Position numbers and translations under genes: made by a program. From positions 62,001-126,000 of the forward strand of contig JASANG010002067.1 in assembly GCA_030248215.1 (NCBI GenBank): DNA of 64,000 nucleotides, read 5' to 3'. Position 1 is the stretch's first letter; each line of letters begins with the position of its first letter. Below are positions 13,001 to 25,000 of this stretch, one piece after another. This DNA comes from Enoplolaimus lenunculus. Its lineage: Eukaryota. The notes beneath the pieces are model-generated. The model worked only from the letters and a program-made list of their open reading frames with translations, did no database searches and had not been told where the DNA came from.

Positions 13001-16000
13001 GGTTGCATCCTGGCTGTAACGTAATCGCCACATGCATGGTATTGCGAAATTTTCACTTTGTGTCGTTATAAAGAATTAACTGATCGAACATTTATAAACA
13101 GCGAAATAAAGAATGTATTTCACCGATAGTACATATTTAATACATCGTTAGGTAGGAGAAGGGTTATGTATGTATTCATCCGGCAGGTTAAGAGCGTTGA
13201 AGTGAAGCTGAAGTAAAAATTTGGTAATAATTGATTTCAACACGGTTAAGTTTATTAAAGCACCGTCGAGTAAATTGACACTCAAACAGATGGTGCTCAT
13301 AAAATTAAAAGGGCAAGCAAACAATCTGTGTGATAGAAAAAGGCTGTGTATGTAGCGTGAAGACTTTGTAATTGCTGATAGGTTTCTAAACCGGTTTTAG
13401 CTTTGAAACTCGATATTTTCACCAAGTGTTTTAGCGTGTTTGGTTTTAGTATGTCTATAATGTTAGATGATACGTAATTAAATTTAAACTTCGAGCTAAC
13501 GTCACTAATGCGCTGATAAGGGTAATAATTTAATAGATAGATATCTGGAGAAATTGGTTTCAAAATTCAAAGGTTGACAATTTACAAACGCACTTCAGCA
13601 GTAATTTTGTGTGTATATGGTAAGAAAAGTTTGCGTAACAGATTCGTGAATACGGGTGAAAAATTCTTGTACACTAGAGCAGACATGCAGAACACTGCGT
13701 TAATTCGGATTTGTAAATGATATAATAGTCTGTTCATGCCTTCGTGAAATTACAATCGGAAACTAGAATGCATCCGAAATTCTGGTTTTGGCTCGGAAAC
13801 TCGGTATTTTCAGTTCACTATTACTAGCGAATTCCGAAATTATCTACATGTAAATGCGAATACCTACTCCGGCTAATTGGTTTCGAAAAAGTATCAAACA
13901 CAAACTACAAAATGTTGGATTGCTTATTTTGCTGGCGGTAGTTTCCTACTACAACTGTCCATGTTGAAAGCTATAAAATATTTTTAGCTAAAGATCAATG
14001 CTAATGTATTTTCAAATGAACATGTCTAGCATCTGTTATCAGTGTTAGTTATTGATTTTTAAATAGCGGATTGCCGCAGCGACAGATATCAAACTTTGCT
14101 CGCCACTGGAAAAGAAAAGTGGACAGAGTATGAGGTTTTTATTGGTATTGAATTTATTTATTATGTTGTCGAAAATGTTACGAGCCTATAAGCAGTGATG
14201 CTAACTATAAACCTCAACTTCTGTTAAAGAAGTGAACCATAAATATTAAGTGACACTTCATAAATGTAATACTGCAAAAGCATGCAGTGCAGAAATAGTT
14301 TATTGTTTTTCTTCAGTAACCTAAATTGTGCAGATGCATATAAATCAGTTTTCAAGATGTTTCGTTGCTGTCATCTTCATATAACTTTTGACACATAATA
14401 ATGAATATTCCTTCGTGTATTATGTAGAAATAGCTTCCTGAAATAATTTAAATTCAAAAGATAGGTAGGGAGCGATATGCGGGGTAAGTAGCCTCAATGC
14501 AGCCTAATTAGGTTAAGTTGGCATGTTTCTCAATCTAATCTCAATTTTCTGAATAAGGAATGGATTGTGAAACAGAATGGTAGCGTTTCGTAAATTCGAT
14601 GCTACATTTTCCGCTGCTCACGTTGCAATCTCGGATTTAATTTTTAACAGAAAATATAGATTCCATTGACTGAAACTCAGGTTTAGATTCGGAAAAAGGC
14701 TTACAGTAGGATGTAATCACTAGCTAAAGTCAACGTTCGGTTTTGATTCCGCTATTTAAGTTTGCTAAATTTTATTATCTTAGAATATGACACGTCTATG
14801 TATTACGAATTTGGCAACGATTTCGGAATTATGGTAGTTCGGATGGCACAACGAATGTGGCAACTTATGTGATTATAGAATATAACAAAACATTTCGACG
14901 GGTTAGCAAATTTCATATAGCGAAATCATTGGAACGTACCATCCGCAATATTCATATTATTGTCGGCGAGCGTGGAAAACATTTCTTCTTCAGTCAAATA
15001 GTGACAATGATATCGTTCGTAGTCGTACTGATACCATGTTTCTTGCATAATCCCGCCCATCGCAAAATAGCCGCCTGGTTTTAGCTTGCTCAAAATGTTG
15101 TGCATTCCTTCGCGATACTGTTGTTCAGTTGTGCACGCAGCTTCAGTGCAAAACACCGTTGTTACAACATCGAATTGCCGATCAACTGGGCCTTCGAGTA
15201 GTACTTTTGGCGTGAATATGTCACATTGAAACGCCCCGTGGACCCGCGCTCGGGTATCTGATTCCATGCTTGACCATGCAGCCGGGTTGCCTTCTAGTTT
15301 TGCCAGCAACTTAGTCACCGGTGACCAGTCAAAATTGGACTCGTTCGCCCGCCAGGCGCGAAGTTCGGCGACATTTGCCGCCGCGTAATCGCTCAAGTAA
15401 ATGTCGCGAACCTTTTGCCGGAAACACATCGCCATGTGGACCGTGGGCCCACTGCCGATATCGAGCATAGTAATCAGCCCCAATTGCGGCAGTCTAGCAA
15501 CGGCATTGGGCATGAACAGTAAAACGATCTGAAATAGTAGTATGCTTCGGAATTGAAGTCGCAGATATATACGTTTAAAGAAGAACGGGTCTTAGTTGAG
15601 CAGTGTGTCAACGGAGTTGAATAACATTCGGATTCAAATCCAGCTCGGATTCTGATTCTGGTTACAGGTATAACAATAATCAGAATCGTAATTTTTCAAT
15701 GTTTCTTAACTTGGTATGCTATTCTTATATATATATACACATAGATTAGGGATGCGCTGGCGCCAAAATTTTTGCCAGCGCATATACCGATCCCGATTCT
15801 ATTTTGAAAATATGTCGAACCAATGCAGATCAAACTATAGTACACCATGCTTAAATATCAGATAGGATATAGCATTACATCATTATGCGAAGACTTTTAA
15901 ACCCAAACCACCATAAACGATCATAATTTTATGAGAACGGTTCATTTCATTTTTTCAAACACAAACATAAGAGAGAACAGCTTCCCTGATCGTACACGCT

Positions 16001-19000
16001 GATATACGCCAAGAAGTGAAATTAATAGCATTCCAACTGACTACTATGTGCGAAAAGTATCGGCATTGAATCGGCCATGTTTTTGCAGTGCTATGGCCGA
16101 TACTCACAAAAAGGGCCGATTATTACCGATGCCGATCCAGATTAATCGTCACACCCCTAATATATGTAAGTTTTACTATTCGGAAACATATTCAACAGGG
16201 GCAACCAAATACCAAAAAATACCGCAGCCGGGAATCTGGTTTAAGTGTGTAGTTTTGTATTATCAAAGCAATATAACCACAAGTGGCGGATCCAGGATAT
16301 TTCGGTGAAGAAACATTTACAGCACGTTTTTGTTTTTTTAAATTGAACGAACTGCGCGAATGCCAGAATTTTGAATTTCCGATGCAACATTTTCGTATTT
16401 GTTACCTATTTCGCTAGAAAACACATTGTGATCTTCAGATTAACCATTTACGTAGCAACATTTTCAGCACGGATATGCCGGTGTGAAGAAACATTCACTA
16501 TTCACCACTCCGACTAACCTTCATAGCTGGCTCATTGTCGGTATCAGAGTAGAAATCTCGTAAATATGCCGCTGGCTTGAACATAGCTTGCGCTCCTGGA
16601 TGCTTGTACTGTTTATATTCTCCACCTTTACACACTGCTGGTCGTTGTTTTAAAATGCGCCGATTGTTTTTCGTTTCGTCCTTGCTATTGCCCGTATGTT
16701 TACCCGTTACCGGTTCGTCGTGGTCGTTATTAGTTTCACCACCGGAATTTGTTGCTGCAGCCGATTTTGTACTACAGCTACTGGTTATACTACTGCTGTG
16801 ACTGTATTCTTCACTATGATAGTTTGCTTCGGCTAGCTCGTTCCGCCCTACTTCCGTGTCTGGCATTTTGGTTCAAGTGTAATTTGATTGACGGAAGGGC
16901 GTATAATCTTGTGCTGTGGTAGTTTTTGATTGGTTGTAAACTGTTGATGTTGGGTCGATGTTGAATTTTATTTTCTAGGATGATGGTATTTCTGTTGAAG
17001 TGAATTCGGTAAATGCGATTTGTGCGAATACTGATGTTGTTGTTGTTGTTGTTTTGTGTTGCCTCGTCAACTCCACCTGTCCGGTAATGGAACCGGGAAT
17101 ACATATAGCTTCGCGTAGGATATCGTTTGCAAGTATTCACTGCGGTTATTATAATTGAAATATTTTACATAATGTGCTTGATTGATCGCGACGGAATTGG
17201 TAATTAAGCTGTCTTATAGTAATACGATATGTTCTGAAAAATATTCATATATATTGGCAACACTCAGCCTATGTTATCAGAAGGGTTGATAATATAGTTC
17301 AAAGTTTGTCCGAGTACTTATTTAGGGTATATTATGTACTTAAGTTTGTGCCTCTTTTTTAGTCGAGATTACTGATTTTACGTGGGTTAGGTCGCGGCCG
17401 GAATACTAGTTCTGGGTTTTGTTGGGGTGTGCAAGTTAGGTTCAGCGCAATGAAAAATCAGACGAGCAGGATAGCAACAAACGATCTGATTCAATGTCGG
17501 ATTCGACAGAAATTGAAGGGTTGGAATCGGATTCCGTATTGAAAAATCCAAGTAAAACAAGGTGCGGTAAGATCTTTTTGTGATTCAGATTCGGGATGGG
17601 TTTCGGCAAAATCGCAATAAATTCGGACTCGGTCAAATCGCGGCCTCGGTGCCACCAACGCTGAAAAATCCGTTTGCGTTGTTTGTTTTTGTCAGAGTCA
17701 TCGCAATATATGGAGTTTTTTAGGATTTAATTATTCAAAAGAATTAACCGTCGCATCCGTAGACAGGATTGATTGGCCAAGGTTACACACACACAAAACA
17801 ACGTACTGATAAGAACAATTATATTATTATAATTAATGGCTCTGTTTTTGAAAAGCAAAATGCAAAAAAATCACACCTCGACAGGATTAAAATAATATTG
17901 GTTTGGAAAACCAAAGATTTCAAGCGCTTAATCTACAAATAATGGGGTATTTTTGGTTTTTTGGCAAAACTTTCAATTCTGTGGTTTTGTTTTAAAAATT
18001 ATCAAGTCGCTTGGGTTTTGCGCGCAAGACTTTGTTTCCCGGTGTTTCACGTTGGTCTAAATACATTGAAAAATAAACGAATCAATAATCTGATGAAAAA
18101 TGAAGCGCAAAAATTTTAAACTAGTTGATATGTACTAGAGATGTACCGATGCCAACGCTCCGTTTGCTGGTGTCAAATTTTTAATGCTATATATTGTTGA
18201 TTCAAGCGTGTTAAAGAACAGAAAACGCATCTGGTATTTTGCTCATGCTAAAACTATTGTATATATGTACACGTGTGTATATTCATTTTTGAACAGAAAC
18301 AAGTTTAGCAATAAACGGCTATTTTGACAAAACAAAACACCTTGTGCACAATGTTCATTGGCCCCGGTACCGGTTGGTGCCAGCCTTGTTTAGTATGAAC
18401 TTAATATCCGGCTCGGCTACGGCTATTATCGGATATTGGGTCTCAGGGTATTCAGAGCACAGCCAAAGTCGAAATCTGACTCTAATATATACGTACTATC
18501 CTAATTAGAATATTGCTCTTCGACCTGCAAAACTGATAACATTTATTATTCTTCTAATCTACGTTTTTCGCAAACGCAGTTATTTAGTGCTCTACTTCAG
18601 TTTTGAGATTAAACATATAATATTGCGCAACATTGTTCGATTAGGCTTTTTTACAACCGAATCCGAACTTTTGTTGCCATCCTGATTGAAGTATCCGGCT
18701 CAAACTTTTTTGTATCCTCGAGTGTACATCAGTTATTTTATAGTTCAAATGGACTAAATTTATACTAAATGCTAGGGATGTGGCGATTATGGGCCTTATC
18801 AGGTAAGCTGTTATCTCTCTTGCGTTTGTGTGTGAAAAAAAATAATTAAAATGAACCGTTCTCATATTATAATTTTTTATTGATGTTAACGATTAAGTCT
18901 TCCCATTTATAATGATGTAACGTTGTATCCTATCAGAGATTTACGCATCGTGTATAAAAATTGGAATCGGCATCGGCATATTTTCATAACAAAAATCGGC

Positions 19001-22000
19001 ATTTAGCAATATTTTCAAAATAAAAATCGGCATCGGCAAAAATTTTCCAATCAACACATCCCTGCTAAATGCAAGCGTACGTATCTAATTGGAGTTTTAA
19101 CAACAATGTATTCGTTGCCATAAACGGCTGGGGGTCTTGGTGCAGCGGACAACCGCTGTCTCGAATTTAAATCATTTAAATATACTGTACACAAATCGTA
19201 ATAAATTCTGTTGTGTACTTTCCTTCACAACCTATCTGCTTTACACTTACGCCACGAAAGAATGTAGAAATCCGCTGCACTGCCTTGTTTTCTTTTATCT
19301 GAAGGCTCTTAGTTCTGTATTTTAGAGCTTGAATGGAACCCAGTGAAGTATTTTCGGTTTTAAGGAGTGTCACGTCACCTATAGCAGGCTGTAGACCAAC
19401 GAACATAGGCAATTGAAAAAACTCCTACTTAAGCTGCATCTTTAAAACGAACATAAAGCATCAACTGATTGATAATAGTGGTTAAAATACAGTGGGCAAT
19501 ATATAACTAATGTATATGTATCAGTTTTTGTAAAATATACGTATGTGGTGCACTGGGTATGGCAATTTTGGTAATACGGTTCTGATTGTTTTGACGTGGG
19601 TGTTTCTAGAATTTTTTTATGTGGGTTTTTTGTGCGTCAAAAGCAGTTTGCGCTGAAGGAAATACATAAGGGAAATGTTTAACCAAAGTCTAGACACTGT
19701 ATAAAATATTGTACAATTGTAATGCATTATTGTTCTGGTGTCACCAGCTTACTTCAGTGTAAAATTACATGCAAATCTTAGCGGCAAGCGAAAGTCCAAA
19801 TGTGCCAGGTGGTCAGAACATACTGTATATATTCTATCTATCTATATATGTAGATATACGTATATATCAGGCTGCGACCTGATATCAATTTACCGGAACC
19901 GGATTCGCATATCGAATGTTTACCGTTACAGGAAACGGATACCTGATATTGTATATGTTAAAATAATTTATTGTTGTCACCGCCCTCGGGCGGTGACGCT
20001 GTTTTCCCTCGCGGCAACCATCAAAGAAATATGTTTTATGATACAAAAGAACGTTTGTAAGAAATAATTTTATTGCAAATTCTCAACTAGAATTTTTTTA
20101 CTATGACGCTTTAAAGTGTAACATTCCTTCAGTCTGCACTAATGTTCTACAGCAAGAATTCAAACGAATTTCATTGTGTTGTTTTAACGTAGTGTTACTA
20201 ATCGCGTATGTTTGCTTATTTATAGGCCAGTCCTATAAACTAAGGAAGTTATCTAATTCATATCATGATTCATGACTCAAACTTAAAACTTGTTTCGGTG
20301 TCTGAGCTAAAATGCGTTATGCAGTTTGGACATTTGTATGTACTAAAAATGATTATAAATTTTCTCCCCTCGCGGTCTGAAAACTGACCATTGGTGCGGC
20401 CTCTAGTAAGCGAAGGTACGAGTAACGCTTCAACAGACGGAAAAGCTGCAGTCGTATTCTCGGCGCAGTGAATAGCAAGGTGCTGTTGGGATGAGTTACC
20501 ACAGCAGCGCTGCTAATTGGCTGTACAAATGTGCTATAACAGTACATACGCTTCATTTTGGTTTGACTTAGCACTCAAATCTGTTTGGTAAAGCATGTAA
20601 TAGAAAAAATACGAAAGCGAGTTGCAATTGGTTGATCTTTTGTTGCATACGTACACTCGCCAAGGTCTTAAATGACAGCTTCCAGGTCTCAACTGGAGGT
20701 GAAAAATATCAGAAACAGAGATCAACAAAATTTGCAGGAGCCGAAGCAGTAGTTGAAACAAAATTGGGTGGTTAAAGTAGCGTTAATTTGGTAATTTAAG
20801 CAAATATTCGTAACGCTGTTTTGTTTAGTTTTGGTTTAATTTTAAGAAATCCCGACAAACAACTTCTAAAATTGTATCAAAACTTGAAGCTAGCGGCATC
20901 GAACGATATATAATATATGTATGTTTAACTTGCAAAATTTTACTATCGAAATTGCTGGAACCTCCAAGAACTTGGTCTGAAAGACCTGATTCGAAAGTCG
21001 GTTCAAAGATCTGAAAATGTTTGTATCTCATTGTCTGTTTTTGATATTCGGACAAAAGTAGCTTGTTTCGGTGTATTTTTAGCGTGCTCAAGTTTTTCGT
21101 CTGTTGTATAGCTCATTATTTCTGCTGATAAACTGAAATTATTTAATGCAAAAATGTGCTTAAGTTTCGCTCGCTTTGAAACGTATCAAAACTTGAAATT
21201 CTTGACTTGCCCAGAATGTAGTCGCAGCAGGATATTAATGTCGCTGACTTATAAAAAGCAGTTTTATGATATTCGGCACCACAACCGTAAAAATTTGGTA
21301 TCCGGTTCATTTATACCAGACACTGGAACCGGATACGGATATCAGTTTTTGCCAGATATTAAACCGGACCCGGATATCCGGTCGCACCCTGATATATATT
21401 TTCAAAAGTTCAAATTTGGGCGTGAAATGATCAGGGGGATGTGAGATGCTCAAATATGTCAAAATTTTCAAAAGTCAATCATTTTTGGACAAACACCGGC
21501 TGAGAAGATAACCGAAAAGACCCGATTTTATTTCTGTAATAGCCTCGTTTCAAATAAATTGTCTTGAATATCAAATTCCAGAAATTTATGTGGAAAATTG
21601 CGAAAAATGTATTTTTGTGGCTTCGAGAAATTTCAAGGACGGCTCTCTGTAATACTCTCTATCTCTGCAGACACACATATATATGCAGGGATAGAGGGTA
21701 TTATAGAGAGCCGTTCCTGAAATATCTGGAAGCCAGAAAAATATCTCTCGCAGGTTTCCAAACAAATTTCTGGAATCTAGAAGTCAAAGCCATTTATTTG
21801 AAACAAGGTTGTTACAGAAATAAAATCAGGTCTTTTCGGTTATCCTACCAGCCGGTGTTTGTCCAAAAATGATTGGATTTTGAAACTTTTCACATATTTG
21901 AGCATCTCACAACCTCCCCTGATCATTTCACGCCCAAATTTGAACTTTTGAAAAATTCGAATCTCTCGAGCGAAACGCATATATGTTCAAAGCCAAACGG

Positions 22001-25000
22001 AATTTTGTTTTACATGCTAATTTGTGGCGCAGAAAAAATCAGCGTTTCCGCTACTGCGTTTGAACAACGAAACTTTGTTATATTAAAACAGCGGTACAAA
22101 ATGGTATATACCACCGGTTATAAACGTCAGGTGCCGATGCAAATAGTGCAGGAATAAGAAACCGTAAAAAGTTTTTTATAATGCAGATATCGATGTGATG
22201 TGTTCGCATTTAAACAGCTGGTGCGCAACTTTGCAGCAGTTGCAGGTCGTTTTATTATATGTACTGTGTATGTACGTATATACGTATATAAAAGGCTATT
22301 GCAATCCGTTTTAAATTTTAAGCCATCTGAAGGATTCTTTTTTCATTGTATATTTTGCGGTCGTTTTTTGTTAATCCAACGTTGCTTTGTTGAAGTGGGG
22401 TGGCATATAAAATTAGCTTGCGAAAAGAATGTTGTAAAAACGAATTACACACGGAATATCACGTTTTAATAGTTTAATCTCATTGAAGTTTGTAGCGCAA
22501 GCGTTTAAAAATGCGGAACAACTGTTTAGCTCCGACAAATGGTAATGTTTTAAAAAGTCTTTAGCTGGTGTTTTAATCATTTGCTCATAGAAAAGAATGA
22601 GTGGCAAAAACAGAGCAATGCAACAGATGCGAAAAGTGGTTGGCTGATAATACGTAAAGTGTATCGGAACTTAATTTCGAAAAAATATGAGTTGGCACGC
22701 GAGTCTTGGGATCAATTCAGTTTCGTATTAAAATCTTTTGCTCAAATTAATCAACGCTTTAAAATAACGGACGACTGCTTTAGCTGAGCGATCTAACAGT
22801 GTATTATAAGAAGTTATTGCTTAAAAACAGGAGCTAAGGCTTATATGGCTGTTACGCCATTAGATTTAAGCTGTTGTATAGTCTGCGAACAATGTTAAGT
22901 AACATTAAGTCGTTGTTGAACCTAGTTTAGGCAACTGCAATGGCGTATACATAGTTCTTGGTTAAAATTTTGCAGGTGCTCGGAATGAATTTACGATATT
23001 GCAAATGTTCAATTATTTGTGTCGAGGACACTGTTTTGTCGAGTTCGTTTAATGGTATTATAAAGTAAGAATTCAACTTACAGATGTGTTATGCACTTAG
23101 AAATTGAATTGATGCCAACTTTTTATGGTTTTCATACATGTTTTATTTACAGAACCTTAGTTAGCGCCCTCAGCTCTCAGTTTGGAAGGCAGCGTAGAAA
23201 AAGATCCTACGTTGTGCGACCATGGACAGGGCAAATGTGGGGCTGCTTCAAGCCACCCCGTTTCTATCTCTGTTATAATGGGTCGTTTCCGTTATTTCAC
23301 TAGGCAGCGTTTGCCCAATTTGCACATTTGAGCTTCTTGTGACTCTACCTGATTATTCCACACTTCGTTTAAATTTTTGAAAAATTCGATTTTTAGAGGT
23401 CTTGAGGTATATTTTCGTTGAGAAGGAAAAATTTTTCGAAAAGCGGTTAACAATGTACACTATTCGACGCAGTTTGGAACACTAACTCCAGTGGTGTAAA
23501 TTGTACCGCTATCTGAGCACTAGTTCACTAGTTATGGTACAATAACTGTTGGGAAGGGGCCAGGTCTGTTATTTCAGCATTACTCGTGAACTGGTGGCAG
23601 ATATATAGCGAAAATTAACACAATTAAACTCAATTCGTCAAATTGCTTCGAGAGGTAAATAAATTGCTCGACTTTTTGCAGTTACGTAATTGTTGGGATA
23701 GATAGATAAAATAGAAGAGGATATAACACCTCTGTGGGCGTTCGCGTAGACAAAATCAAAAGCATTGTCCATTGCGACATCCTACGACCTTATATACTCT
23801 GTGTGTCACTCTACATTAACCTTTAGACGTTCTGTTTCAACAATAAACTTATAAATTTTACTTATATCAAGAGATCTAATTTCTCTAACAGCTAATGTCT
23901 TCCTACCAAGAAATTGCTCGCGTTTGTCTTCCCACCGCTTGTATACGCATAAAAAGTGCTCAGCGGTCTCACTTACATTGCATTCTGAACAATTTTTATC
24001 TTGAGCTACTTTCATTCTAAATAAATTATAACTTAACCAACAATGTCCCGATAAAATCTGAATACATTGTCTAAGTTTGTCTTTATTAAGCTTTAATAAA
24101 AATCTACTTCTTCTTATGTTTGGTTCTTGAATTATTGATCTTGTAAATCTACAGATTTTCTGATTTATCCATCTATATATAAATTTCCTGCGCATCCATG
24201 ATGTAATTCTTAAGCGAACCTCCCGCTTACATATAGGCAGTACCGGTTCTGGTCCTATAAATCGTCTACCTGATCCACGCCTTGCTAATTCATCCGCTAA
24301 GTCATTACCGATTACATTTGAGTGACCCGGCACCCACACTAGTAAAACTTCATTTAATTGTGAGAGTTCGTTAATTGCTATTCGACACTCGTTAACTATT
24401 TTAGATCTAATTTTGATACTATGTAAAGCTTTCAGTGCTGCCTGACTGTCTGAAATAATGAGTATTCTTTTTTCAACAGTATTCCTTCGTGTTAACTCTT
24501 CAGCGCATATTTTGATCGCAATGATTTCTGTCTGGAAAACTGAAACATACTCTCCTAGTGATCGGCTAACCATGAAGTGCTCTGAGAAAATTCCAGCACC
24601 TGCTAATTTCCTTGCTGCACCTTGAACGACTGAGCCATCGGTGTAGCATACTATATCGTCATTCCTTTGAAAATCTCTTATAAAATTATTCCAAAGAGCT
24701 CTAGATGGAAACAACACATTCCATGTCGGTTCATCTATTATTTCACCTGACATATTATCTAAAGGAAAACTGAGCACGTCAAGTTGATTGATCTCAGCCG
24801 AGTAATCTCGATGTCCTTTGATACTAAAGACGTTATCGCCCTCTGATAATTTATTAATTCTGTTTAATTCTGCAATCCCTTCTTTCATTATCTCGGGGAG
24901 TTGAATGATCATGGGAAGTTATGGGAAGCTGAAATATGCAAGAAATTTGTGAAATCCGACCATTTTGGGCAAACTCCAACTACGCAAATCTTTGATAGTA

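Noticed and set aside
14926..14940. Methyltransferase stop at 14926 as given in the ORF track
   Set aside because: A GTACGT donor at 14939 and a third exon supply the conserved C-terminal strand (HEGIFIIMCQK).
23806..24912. Host RNase H1 gene
   Set aside because: Intronless, lacks a hybrid-binding domain, and is followed by a retroelement CCHC-like motif and a simple-repeat tail.
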